36,989 bases of DNA from a virus (Duplodnaviria > Caudoviricetes): IMG/VR virus record IMGVR_UViG_3300044708_000192, positions 1-36,989 of that record, one strand, 5' to 3'. The position numbers and the translations under genes were made by a program. The notes beneath the pieces are model-generated. The model did no database searches and had not been told where the DNA came from. It saw only the letters and a list, made by a program, of their open reading frames with translations. Positions 8,918 through 18,121 of the stretch are shown here, in pieces (within the stretch, counting starts at the first letter, position 1; each line of letters opens with the position of its first letter).

Positions 8918-9087
8918 AGCTGGGGCCGGACTGGCTCCAGACAATTGTGTTAGCAGAGCGCTGGCGCTGCCGCCCGAGCGAGGCGGACGAGGAGCCGGCG
9001 CTTTGGGTGTTACGCCAGAAGGCGGCAGATAGCGTGCGCCGCCGGTATCAGCAGCTGCAGACGCTTGAATTTGACGACGAGGACTAA
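8866..9087 (+). CDS. Tail chaperone gpGT-like extension reached by a -1 frameshift
   Basis: The -1 frame after CCCAAAC reads RAWLQLHAAYAQNNVELGPDWLQTIVLAERWRCRPSEADEEPALWVLRQ...EFDDED* and fills the gap to the tape measure gene. Confidence 0.8.
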   Translation, partial: PKRAWLQLHAAYAQNNVELGPDWLQTIVLAERWRCRPSEADEEPALWVLRQKAADSVRRRYQQLQTLEFDDED

Positions 9088-9092
9088 CCGCC

Positions 9093-10991
9093 ATCGCAAC
9101 CCTCAGCATCACATTCAAAGGCGAGGACGAGGTCGCCGGCGTGACCAAACAGGTCGCCGACGATATTGGCGATGTCGAGAAAGCGTCCGACAGCGCCAAG
9201 GAGTCGGGCACCGGCTTTTTTGGCGGTATGCTCCAGGCCGCATCCGGATTCCTGCTGGCAAATGTGGTCGGCCAGATCACCCAGCAGGTGGGCGCGTTTG
9301 TGAGTGAGGGGTTCAGCGCCGCGCGCGACACCCAGCAGCTCATGGCCCAGACCGAGACGATCATCAAGAACACCGGCGGCGCGGCCGGCATGAGCGCGCA
9401 GCAGGTAACGGATCTGGCGACCTCCCTCTCCGACGCGGCTGGGCAGAGTCTGTTTGGCGATGATCAGATCCAGGGCGCCGAGAATGTGCTGCTGAAGTAC
9501 AAAGAGCTGAAGGGCATCATCCCCGGCGTGACCAAGCTGTCGGTGGATATGGCGCAGAGCCTGGGCAAAGACCCGGCCGCCGCGGCCGAGTTCTTAGGCC
9601 GCGCCTTGCAAAAGCCCTTCGACGCCGCGAACAAGCTGGCCAAAGAAGGGATTGTGCTCACCGATAGCCAGAAGCAGACCCTGGAGGCGTTCAAAAAGAC
9701 CGGCGACACGGCGGGCGCACAAAAGTTCCTGATGGATCAGCTGAATAGCACCTACGCCGGCAGCGCCAAGGCCGCGGCGGACGCCGCTGGCGGTACGGTG
9801 CAATTCAAGGCCCGCATGGGCGAAGTGGCCGAGAATTTGGCCACCGCCGCGCTGCCGCTGCTGGATAAGCTGGGCGGCCTGCTCAACACCTACGTCGCGC
9901 CGGCGATCGAGACCGTGGCGAAATGGATCGGCGACAATCTTCCGGCTGGCATCGATATCGCGACCAAGGCGGTCAATGATGTCATTGGCTGGTTCAGCAA
10001 GGCCACAACCGAAAGCGGCGGCCTGTCCGACGCGATCGCGGGCGTGACCGGATGGTTTAACGACAGCCTGCTGCCGGCGCTCGATCAGGTGTGGCAGTTC
10101 ATTCAGGACAATGTGATCCCGATCGTTGAGACTCTGGTCAATGTGGCCTTTGCTGTCCTCAAGGCTGACATCAAGATTTTGGCCGCGCTGTGGGTCAATG
10201 TGCTCTGGCCGGCGCTCCAGAAGATATGGCTGTTCGTGCGCGACAATATCATTCCGATCCTGGCGCAGCTGATCGTCTGGATCAAAGACAATCTGCCGCC
10301 GGCGATCCGCGCGCTGTCCGACCTGTGGAACAATACGCTGCTGCCGGCGCTGCGCGCCGTGTGGGAATTCATCGACACGAAGGTGCTGCCGATATTGAAG
10401 GCGATTGGCGATGTGATTAACGCTACGCTGGTGGTCGCCTTTAAGCTGATCGCCGGCACAATAACCAACACCGTTATCCCGGCGCTTGAAAAAATCTGGG
10501 GCTACATTGATAAAAACATCATCCCGATCCTCGATGCGATCGGGAAGAAGATTTATGATGTCGCGGCGCCGGCATTAGACTGGTTAGGGCAGAAGATTAC
10601 GCCGCTGGTCGGCTATTTTAGTGATCTGCTCAGCAATATCTCCGGCGTGGTGGATTGGCTGGAGACATTAGCGACAAAAATCAGCAACATCAAGATCCCC
10701 AGCTGGGCCGGCGGCGGTGGTGGCGGCGGCGGATCCGGAGGGGGCGGTGGCGGATCGAGCGAGCCGCCGCCGGAGCCGATCCACCCCGAGCCGGTCGGAC
10801 AGTCGGCGGGCCGGCAGTCGCGCGGGCGCGCGAGCGCAGGAATACAGAGCGTCGGCGGCGGGGGCGGCGGCACGACGGTCAGGATCGTGTTTGACGCCGG
10901 CGCGATGGCGAAGCTGATCAAGGCGACGGTCGAAGATACCTTAAATAGCAGCGGGCAGCAATCATTCGCGCGCATACGAACGGGAAACTAG
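9093..10991 (+). CDS. Tape measure protein (probable ATC start at 9093; first canonical start is GTG 9141)
   Basis: Ala-rich helical protein with Trp/Pro periodic repeats (WxxxxxNxxPxL); position after the chaperone. Confidence 0.9.
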   Translation: MATLSITFKGEDEVAGVTKQVADDIGDVEKASDSAKESGTGFFGGMLQAASGFLLANVVGQITQQVGAFVSEGFSAARDTQQLMAQTETIIKNTGGAAGMSAQQVTDLATSLSDAAGQSLFGDDQIQGAENVLLKYKELKGIIPGVTKLSVDMAQSLGKDPAAAAEFLGRALQKPFDAANKLAKEGIVLTDSQKQTLEAFKKTGDTAGAQKFLMDQLNSTYAGSAKAAADAAGGTVQFKARMGEVAENLATAALPLLDKLGGLLNTYVAPAIETVAKWIGDNLPAGIDIATKAVNDVIGWFSKATTESGGLSDAIAGVTGWFNDSLLPALDQVWQFIQDNVIPIVETLVNVAFAVLKADIKILAALWVNVLWPALQKIWLFVRDNIIPILAQLIVWIKDNLPPAIRALSDLWNNTLLPALRAVWEFIDTKVLPILKAIGDVINATLVVAFKLIAGTITNTVIPALEKIWGYIDKNIIPILDAIGKKIYDVAAPALDWLGQKITPLVGYFSDLLSNISGVVDWLETLATKISNIKIPSWAGGGGGGGGSGGGGGGSSEPPPEPIHPEPVGQSAGRQSRGRASAGIQSVGGGGGGTTVRIVFDAGAMAKLIKATVEDTLNSSGQQSFARIRTGN

Positions 10992-10992
10992 C

Positions 10993-12387
10993 ATGGCGGT
11001 TCAGGCATTCCCTTACCTGGTCATGACCGACGGTACGGATACCGTCACATTCGCGGACGGCGCGGGCGGCGTGACCAACTACCCGCCCGTGCGCGATCGG
11101 TGGTCGCCATCCGTCGCCGGCATTCGCACCAGTCAGCTGGGCGGGCGCGGGCCGTACGCCGATGTCCAAGAGGACATCCTGATCAACATCCGCGACACCA
11201 CAGCCGCGCTGTGCTGGTCACGCCTGGATACACTGGCGAGGTTGCTCGACAAGGCGGAACGCTGGTGGCTCAGGAATGAGCAGATCAACCCGGTGCTGCT
11301 CAAGTATGTCCCGCAAGGCAGCACGATCCACAGCAACGCCACGCCGATGCAGGCGATCGTACTCGGGCGGGTGGGCGACAATCAGCTGAACGGCGTCGAT
11401 CTGCCCGAGAGCGTGAATGACGCCGGCATGCTGTTTGAGATCTACGGGATCAAGGTGCTGTGCCTCCGGCGCGGCGGATGGACAGGCGCGTCCGACAACA
11501 CCGGCGCCAGCGGCGCGGCGGCGAATTGCACCGTGATCACCCAAACCTTCGGCGCAACCCACCCGACGAACAGCCCGCTTGATGTGGAGATCGGCGGGTT
11601 CACCAAGGTGAACACACCGATTATCAAAGCCGGCTACCTGTGTGTTGGTAGCCAGTCTAGCGATGTGCAGGTGCTAGAGGCTGAAACGGGCACGGCTGCC
11701 AGCTACACCAGTGTGGCTGACGCGGCGGCATTGGCGCGCGGCGGGTCGGTGCTGCGCTTTACGCCGGCAGTCACCACGGCCGTGACATCCGGCACGATTA
11801 CGGGCCTGACGCCGATCGGCGGCAGCCCGATCGCCGTCATTGCAGCGGTGCGCAACAATGGCGCGACCACCTATATGCTGCACGCCAACCTCTCAGGGGT
11901 TGTCGGCGCGGTCTCCACCCCGGATGTGCTGATCGACGCATCGACGGTTCAGCCGCGCCTGGTCATGCTCGGCACCGTGGTTGGCTCGGCGATCGCCAAT
12001 GTCACCCTCACGATCACGGCAAGCGCGGCCGCGAGCACACTCGACATCGACTATCTCATCCTGGTCAACTTGCGCGATGAGACGGTCAATATCATCGCCC
12101 ACGATGACATCAACCTCGCGAATCTGGCGACCGCCGGCGCGGCCACACTGGACGCGATCTTTCGCCCGACCATCGATCGCGCCCCACAGGTTTATGCCGG
12201 CGGCACAGCCGGCACCGCGCCCGGCAGTTGGCGCGGCGCCCTGCCGTTTATGACCGTCGGGACAAATGTGTACGCGCTGTGGGTCGCGACCAACGGAACC
12301 TTCTGGCGCTTTACGAACACCGCAAACGCGATTGTGAATGTGACACTGAACGTCAATCGCTATCGCAGCTACTTAACCCCCCAATGA
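10993..12387 (+). CDS. Distal tail (Dit-like)/minor tail protein with beta-rich C-terminal domain
   Basis: Immediately after the tape measure gene; T/A/G-rich beta-type C-terminal part. Confidence 0.6.
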   Translation: MAVQAFPYLVMTDGTDTVTFADGAGGVTNYPPVRDRWSPSVAGIRTSQLGGRGPYADVQEDILINIRDTTAALCWSRLDTLARLLDKAERWWLRNEQINPVLLKYVPQGSTIHSNATPMQAIVLGRVGDNQLNGVDLPESVNDAGMLFEIYGIKVLCLRRGGWTGASDNTGASGAAANCTVITQTFGATHPTNSPLDVEIGGFTKVNTPIIKAGYLCVGSQSSDVQVLEAETGTAASYTSVADAAALARGGSVLRFTPAVTTAVTSGTITGLTPIGGSPIAVIAAVRNNGATTYMLHANLSGVVGAVSTPDVLIDASTVQPRLVMLGTVVGSAIANVTLTITASAAASTLDIDYLILVNLRDETVNIIAHDDINLANLATAGAATLDAIFRPTIDRAPQVYAGGTAGTAPGSWRGALPFMTVGTNVYALWVATNGTFWRFTNTANAIVNVTLNVNRYRSYLTPQ

Positions 12388-14168
12388 TTCAGTTTGCCAT
12401 CTACAGCAGCGCGAGCGGCAGCATCGTTGCCGACTACAGCAACCGCATCCAGGGTGCGCAGATCGCCACGAACGATCGCGGCTATGCCGAGTGTAACGGC
12501 TTCATCCCCTTGTCACTGGCCGAGAGCTTCATGCTCTACGATCGGACGGGGCTGCCGCACGTGCGCTTCTCAGACACCAGTAGCGGGGTCATGTACGAGG
12601 GTCGCCTGGAGGATGTGGAGTTGACCGATGGCGGGGTCAACGTGACCGCCCTCGGCTACGCGCGGGCCTTGAGCGACACGCCGTATATCGCGTTCTGGTC
12701 AACGACATCGGTCGGCGCGTTCCAGGGCACGACCGGATCGACCAGCGTCGCCTACAACGAGTCGGAGCGCTGGCAGCGCGATACCAACAACCGACTCTAC
12801 ATCACACTGATCAAGGGCAACACGTACACGCTGAACAAGGCCGCAGGCCTGCTCATGAGCGTGCCATACGGCAGCACCCAGGCGATACTGGGGATGCAAT
12901 TCAGCCTGGAGCAGAATTTACCGGCGGCGTTCACCTGGCGCGCAGTCACGTTCGGCGGCGACATCAGCTTAGGGCTGACCGGCGGCGTGGCACAGGCCAG
13001 CGCCGTAGGAACGGCTGCACTCGTGAACCGCGCCTATCATCTCACGTTCGCCAGCCAGACCACCGCCGGGCTGGATCTGCTGTGCAACACCGGCGGGGCG
13101 CCGGCCGGCGAGACCGGGACGAACTATGTCAAAATCACCAACCTCCGCCTGGTGGGCGCGACGACCAACCGGGTCAATACGACGCTCACGGCCAACCGCG
13201 GCGCGGGCGTGAACGTGACCGCGACTGTCGGCGCGACGGCGGGCATGTACGTCGGCATGCAGCTGGTGATCAACAGCGGGGCCAACCCGAGCGAGATCGT
13301 GACGGTGCTGTCGATCGGCAGCGCGACGCAGTTTAATGCCACCTTTGTCGGCGCGTATGTGATCGGCAATGCGGTGCAGGGCTTTCAGATTCTGGCCGAT
13401 GAGATCGCCGATGATCTTGTCAGCGCGGTTTCGACGCTGAATAGCACGCAACTATCGGCAAGCACGGCGCTGATCGCCAGTCCCGGACTGGATCTCCAAA
13501 ATGAAGTGTACGAAGACCAGTTCCCAAACGACATCATGGACTACCTGGCTGGCATCGGCGACTCAGCAGGCTTTCAATGGGAGTGGGGCGTCAGGGACAA
13601 TCAGCGGCTGTACTTCCGGCGCCAGGGCAGCGCGGCGCGCACGTGGTATATCGACATCAGCGCGATCGATGTCCAGCGCTTGCTCGACCAGATGTCGAAC
13701 AGTATCTACGGGCTGTACCAGGACGCGAACGGGCGCACGCTGCGCACCGCCTCGACATCTGACGCCACCAGCATCGCGCGCTACGGCGTGACCCGTCGAC
13801 AGGCGCTCAGTGTCTCGACCACCAGCGCCACGCAGGCCCTTTTACAGCAATCTAGCGCGCTGGCCGACGGGAAAGACCCGAAGCCCAGGTCGGAGGTGGT
13901 GATCGACAAGGTGTTTGACGCGAACGGCAGCCGCTGGCCGCTGTGGAGCGTGGCGGCGGGCGATACCGTGATCATCCGCAACCTTGCCCCGACGCTTTCG
14001 ACGGCGATCGATCGCATCCGCGTGTTTCGGCTTTCGCGCGCGACCTATGATGTCGATAGCGATACGTTAGCGATCGAGCCGGAGACGCCGCGCCCAACAC
14101 TGGAGGCGCTGCTGGCGCAACTGACGGCGGGCGTACAGCGGCAGATTAAGGTCAAGCGCAAAACATAG
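12384..14168 (+). CDS. Tail tip/baseplate hub (Tal-like) protein, 594 aa
   Basis: ATGA coupling at 12384; 'YEGRLEDV', 'VTALGY', 'DATSIARYG' and 'AGDTVII' fit prophage tail-hub proteins. Confidence 0.65.
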   Translation: MIQFAIYSSASGSIVADYSNRIQGAQIATNDRGYAECNGFIPLSLAESFMLYDRTGLPHVRFSDTSSGVMYEGRLEDVELTDGGVNVTALGYARALSDTPYIAFWSTTSVGAFQGTTGSTSVAYNESERWQRDTNNRLYITLIKGNTYTLNKAAGLLMSVPYGSTQAILGMQFSLEQNLPAAFTWRAVTFGGDISLGLTGGVAQASAVGTAALVNRAYHLTFASQTTAGLDLLCNTGGAPAGETGTNYVKITNLRLVGATTNRVNTTLTANRGAGVNVTATVGATAGMYVGMQLVINSGANPSEIVTVLSIGSATQFNATFVGAYVIGNAVQGFQILADEIADDLVSAVSTLNSTQLSASTALIASPGLDLQNEVYEDQFPNDIMDYLAGIGDSAGFQWEWGVRDNQRLYFRRQGSAARTWYIDISAIDVQRLLDQMSNSIYGLYQDANGRTLRTASTSDATSIARYGVTRRQALSVSTTSATQALLQQSSALADGKDPKPRSEVVIDKVFDANGSRWPLWSVAAGDTVIIRNLAPTLSTAIDRIRVFRLSRATYDVDSDTLAIEPETPRPTLEALLAQLTAGVQRQIKVKRKT

Positions 14169-14184
14169 GAGATGTGAGGCCAAC

Positions 14185-14901
14185 ATGAGTGAATCATTGC
14201 TGACACTCCCGCATGGCTGGGAGCTCGAAGACGGCACAACGGACGTTGCTGGGCCGCAGGCGCAAGCCATTGAGGCGTACGGTGGCGCCACCATGAATTG
14301 GGCGCTGGACGGCGCGTCCATCTGGCACCTCGGCTGCTGCGCGAAAAAGGATGGCGGGCCGCTGTACTTCTCGATCTTCGTCCTCAAAAACGGCGCACTC
14401 GTGCATGTCCCGATCAGTGGCGCCGGAACCGGGCGCGGCTGGCTGGATGTTGCGCATGACGGCTGGATGTATTGGTCATCGTGGGAAGGATCGAGTATCC
14501 GGCCCGCCGGCCCGCCGGCGCGTGTCCCAGGCGCCGTGCAGGTGCAGCATGGCGGCGCCTACCATGGGGCGCCCAATGGCAGCATTCGTGTGTTCGTCGA
14601 CCAGGATGGATTTGACAACACAGTAACGGTCAACCTGGCATCGTTCGGCATTCCGCCGGCCAGCGCGCTGAACGTGCGCCTGGCACTGGACGCCGAGCCG
14701 GGGATCATCTTCCGGTGCGGGCCGATCGTCGATCCGAACGTGCAAGCGGCGGCGATGCTGACGGTTACGGGACTCGGGGTGGATGTGCGCGCCTACGAGA
14801 CGGGCGTGATCTCGGCCAGTCCTCAGCGCACGCTGCTGATCAAAACAGAGAACGGGCCGATCGCGCGCGGCTTCGTGGATGTGCTGGGGTGGTGGGGATA
14901 G
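14185..14901 (+). CDS. Last tail-module gene, possible receptor-binding/minor tail protein
   Basis: GAGG RBS; C-terminal '...GFVDVLGWWG' resembles tail-fibre tip ends. Function is inferred from position. Confidence 0.5.
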   Translation: MSESLLTLPHGWELEDGTTDVAGPQAQAIEAYGGATMNWALDGASIWHLGCCAKKDGGPLYFSIFVLKNGALVHVPISGAGTGRGWLDVAHDGWMYWSSWEGSSIRPAGPPARVPGAVQVQHGGAYHGAPNGSIRVFVDQDGFDNTVTVNLASFGIPPASALNVRLALDAEPGIIFRCGPIVDPNVQAAAMLTVTGLGVDVRAYETGVISASPQRTLLIKTENGPIARGFVDVLGWWG

Positions 14902-14954
14902 CGAAACGCCCCCAGCGGTGGCCAGGGGCGTGCTCGGGAAACCAGGGAGCACGG

Positions 14955-15692
14955 CTAGGGCTGCGGATGTTCGGCCGCCCACTGCTGGCGCGCCCATTCC
15001 TGTGTGACGCTATCCTGTTCCATCGGGGCGCGGGGCGGGATCTCCACGTAGTGCTGCTGGATATTGCGCTCCCGCTCGCTCAGCACCTGGGAGGGCGGCG
15101 GCGCGGGCGTGGGCACGGCCTCGATCTCCGGTGCGGCGGCTGGCGCGGCCTCCTGGGCAGCCTGGACGGGCTGATTGACCACCTCGTAGACAATCTGCGG
15201 CGCGGCGGTCGGCTGTAAATTGGCCAGATCGGCGGGCAAGTCGAGCACCTGATCAGCCCTGAGCCAAACAATCCCCGATCCTGCAACCTCAGCCTGGAGC
15301 CAGTCCGCGCCATAGCGCGCCAGCACCTGGTAGGCGCGGCCCTGCTCAATCGCGCCCAGCACACTGCCCGCTGGTGCGTCATAGGCCACCACGGCGCGGC
15401 GGAGCGTGTTCGGCGCCACCGCTGCTACCTGTGCGGCTGGTGCAGCTGTGGGCGGCGCCACGGCCGGCGCCGTCGCGATCATAATGATCGGCAGCGGCGG
15501 CGTGGGCTGGGCAGCCATCCGCGGCGTACTTTGGAGCAGGAGGATGCGAAGGAGCGCGCCCATAGCGACGAGCAGGAGCGTGGGCGCGGCAAGCACAGCG
15601 AGCGGATCGCGCTGCGCCAGCCACGCGCGGATGCGGGCGATGGCGAGCTGGCCGCGCGTGATGGACAGGCGGATGGTGGTTCGGTTGATCAT
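14955..15692 (-). CDS. Membrane-anchored protein with Pro/Ala linker and SH3b-like domain
   Basis: TM segment LAVLAAPTLLLVAMGALLRILLL; 'VVAYDAPAGSVLGAIEQGRAYQVLARYGADWLQAEVAGSGIVWLRA' is SH3b-like; ATGA-coupled to the upstream ATPase. Confidence 0.75.
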   Translation of the reverse strand: MINRTTIRLSITRGQLAIARIRAWLAQRDPLAVLAAPTLLLVAMGALLRILLLQSTPRMAAQPTPPLPIIMIATAPAVAPPTAAPAAQVAAVAPNTLRRAVVAYDAPAGSVLGAIEQGRAYQVLARYGADWLQAEVAGSGIVWLRADQVLDLPADLANLQPTAAPQIVYEVVNQPVQAAQEAAPAAAPEIEAVPTPAPPPSQVLSERERNIQQHYVEIPPRAPMEQDSVTQEWARQQWAAEHPQP

Positions 15693-17233
15693 TGCTGGAG
15701 CGCCTCTCTGATCAGTTGTTGAATCTCGAGACTGGCCTGCTGGCGCGCACGGCCAGTCAGTTCGCCGCGCAGTTCGCGAATAATGTCCGCGATCTCTTTT
15801 CCTTCGAAAAACAGCGCCGCCGCGCGCGCAGCCTCGGCCGGTACGGGTTTGGCGGATTGTGCTGCGCTGGAACTCAGATTGATTCTGAGTTCCTTTTGAG
15901 TTCCATCTGAGTTCCTTTTGAGTTCCGCCGGCGCGATCGGGAGCCGATCGGTCGGAGCCAAAAAGCCGAACTTGGGCGGCGATCCGGCCGGGCCGGGGAT
16001 CAGCTCGCCGCAGCGCGCCAGATCGGCGCTGGTCATCAGGGGGATCGCCACCTTGATGAGATCGCCTTGCACGTTCAGCAGATAGCCGGTCGCGTCCGGC
16101 AGTGCGCGGATATCGTCGGGCAGCTGCTCGGCTCTGAGCCCGAGCTGATAGCGCGCCTCCTCGGGTCGCTGGCGCAGGACATAGTGGCTGGTCAGCTGGT
16201 TGCGCACATCGCTACTGGCGGCCTTTGTCCAGGCCTGCGCGGCGAGGATGCCATTCACGTTGAACTTGCGGCCCTGCTCCGCGATATTTTGGATATGCGC
16301 GGGCAGTGCCGATCCGGCCGATGTGCGTAGCAGGCTTGTCCACTCGTCGGCCACCAGCACGATCGGCCAGCGCGCGCTGTTGGTCTTGCGCTTTTCGAGC
16401 TTGTCATCGGCAAAGGCGAACGCACTTTCGATTTCCTTGGGCGTGCTGGCGATATCGCACATAAAGGCGGGCGCGAGCGCCCCGATCCGGTTCGCCAGGC
16501 TCTCATCGTCGCCGGCGTGCAGATCGCAGATGATCAGCCGCCCGCCGGCCGCTGCGCTCTGGCCCAGCAGAAACGCTAACAGCCAGGTCTTGCCTGCGCC
16601 CTGGAGCGCGCCGACGCCACAGCTATAGAGATCCTTCCAGGCGCCCGTGATCGGCTGCCCAGTGGCGGCGTTGTAGCCGAGGATGAGCTGCCGGCCCGGC
16701 CCGATCTGGCCACGGTCGAGCAGCTGCGCGAACGTTGGGATCTGCGCGACCGTCGTGACCGTCTCGGCTGGCGCGGCCAACTGGGCGGGCGCATACTGGT
16801 TATGCAGGTGCTGGTTATAACTCGTCAGCAGTGGAAACTGGCGCTGGGCCGCGGCGAGCTCTACGGCGTAGTGATCGTGCAAGCTCCAGGCAGCATGCTG
16901 CTCGAAGGCGGCATGCACGTCGTCGACCGAGATCGGCAGATCATTTTGCATCCTGACGACCCGCGCCTGGCGCGCGTGGGCGTCAATGCGCCAGCTCCAA
17001 GCCCAGACCGCGCGCACGACGCCGATGAGCAGCGCCGCAGCGAACAACAGCAGCGCGACAGCTAAAGGGCCGCGATAGGCCGCAAGCGCGCTCGCCAGCG
17101 CCTGCAGGAACGGCCACAGCGCGGCGATGAGGCCGATCGTGAGTGTCAGGCCACAGGCCAGGCACACGCGCCACACGGGGCCGAACGGGCGTTCGGGCGG
17201 GGGTGTTGGTGGTACAATCGGTTGTGTGGACAT
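15689..17233 (-). CDS. Membrane-bound FtsK/SpoIIIE (TraB/coupling-protein-like) ATPase
   Basis: Two N-terminal TM helices; Walker A GALQGAGKT; IICDLH; Walker B LVADEW; arginine-finger region EQGRKFNVNGILAAQ; small helical C-terminal domain; GAGGAG RBS. Confidence 0.85.
   Translation of the reverse strand: MSTQPIVPPTPPPERPFGPVWRVCLACGLTLTIGLIAALWPFLQALASALAAYRGPLAVALLLFAAALLIGVVRAVWAWSWRIDAHARQARVVRMQNDLPISVDDVHAAFEQHAAWSLHDHYAVELAAAQRQFPLLTSYNQHLHNQYAPAQLAAPAETVTTVAQIPTFAQLLDRGQIGPGRQLILGYNAATGQPITGAWKDLYSCGVGALQGAGKTWLLAFLLGQSAAAGGRLIICDLHAGDDESLANRIGALAPAFMCDIASTPKEIESAFAFADDKLEKRKTNSARWPIVLVADEWTSLLRTSAGSALPAHIQNIAEQGRKFNVNGILAAQAWTKAASSDVRNQLTSHYVLRQRPEEARYQLGLRAEQLPDDIRALPDATGYLLNVQGDLIKVAIPLMTSADLARCGELIPGPAGSPPKFGFLAPTDRLPIAPAELKRNSDGTQKELRINLSSSAAQSAKPVPAEAARAAALFFEGKEIADIIRELRGELTGRARQQASLEIQQLIREALQQ
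15869..15926. repeat. Four direct TGAGTTCC repeats with 3-bp spacers plus one inverted copy (clt-like site)
   Basis: TGAGTTCC at 15886, 15897, 15908 and 15919; GGAACTCA at 15869-15876. Confidence 0.95.
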
Positions 17234-17317
17234 AGAGATTACTCCTCTCTGTCTGCAATCGGCCGGCGGGATGGTTCGATCTCGCCGGCTGTTCCACGTG
17301 CGCCACGATTTCGCGTG

Positions 17318-17533
17318 TTACGTGCGCGCCTTGAGATGGCGCCAGATCGTGATCCGGCTGACGCCATACGCGCGCGCCAGATCGGTTTTGGTCGCGCCGC
17401 TGTCGAACGCCGCGCGTATCTCCGCAATCTCAAACTCGCTCAGCTTGGCGCCCGGCGCGTCCACGCCACGCTTGACCTTATGGGGCGTGCGCTTGCTGTA
17501 GTGCTGATCGCCTGATTGGCGGGTTGGTTGCAT
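17318..17533 (-). CDS. Small HTH DNA-binding protein (resolvase/Hin-type HTH)
   Basis: AKLSEFEIAEIRAAFDSGATKTDLARAYGVSRITIWRHL; AAGGA RBS. Confidence 0.85.
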   Translation of the reverse strand: MQPTRQSGDQHYSKRTPHKVKRGVDAPGAKLSEFEIAEIRAAFDSGATKTDLARAYGVSRITIWRHLKART

Positions 17534-17548
17534 CGTGTTCCTTTCTTT

Positions 17549-18121
17549 TCAAAACGGCGACAGGTTCGTCGGCGCGACCTCAGCATTGCTTTCCATCGCT
17601 CCGATCGCCAGATTGAGCGGCGTCAGATCGCCGTTCGAACAGTCGATCAGGGTATAGCCGTCGTCCTCGTTCAGCTTGGCAGTCGCGATACGCAGCGCAT
17701 GCTGGTAGCGGAGCTTCCGACTGTCACCACGCGAACTGGCATGGACAAGCTTCTGCGCATACGCGCCGCGATCGAGGTCAATCGTGTTCGGCAGGATGAT
17801 CACGTACTGCGGCGGCTTGGTTTCGCCCCGATGATCCCACTGATTCCAGTAGGTCTGCATCACCTGGTAGCGCGGCTCCGTGCTGTACTTCGCCGCAATG
17901 TCATTGGCCTCCAACGCGCCGTCGATCTGGGCGTGCGCCGATTCTTTCGCGTGCGCCCACAGCACCGCCTCCGCGTCCGCCGGATCATCGTCGGGGTCGA
18001 TCGTCGCGGTGAGGCTGATGTTGACTTTGCAATTGGAATATTCGGGCAGGCTCTGTGTTCCGCCATACGAGACGGTAATCTGGGTGAGGATCATGGCAAG
18101 CAACTCCTCTGTATCATTCAA
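17549..18121 (-). CDS. Hypothetical early protein (190 aa)
   Basis: Coupled in the - strand operon; 'ITVSYGGTQSLPEYSNCKVNISL' N-terminal region. Confidence 0.75.
   Translation of the reverse strand: MNDTEELLAMILTQITVSYGGTQSLPEYSNCKVNISLTATIDPDDDPADAEAVLWAHAKESAHAQIDGALEANDIAAKYSTEPRYQVMQTYWNQWDHRGETKPPQYVIILPNTIDLDRGAYAQKLVHASSRGDSRKLRYQHALRIATAKLNEDDGYTLIDCSNGDLTPLNLAIGAMESNAEVAPTNLSPF

Noticed and set aside
10709-10760. Poly-Gly/GGC run near the tape measure C-terminus as a contingency locus
   Set aside because: It is an in-frame, codon-varied Gly/Ser linker with no phase-variation potential.
10993-14901. Diversity-generating retroelement or invertible tail-fibre cassette
   Set aside because: No reverse transcriptase, no TR/VR pair, and no inverted repeats or alternative tip cassettes were found near the tail genes.
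15886-15926. Repeat arrays (here, at 22517-22760 and at 29423-29457) as CRISPR arrays
   Set aside because: Units are 7-19 bp with no regular unique ~30-bp spacers, and no cas genes are present.
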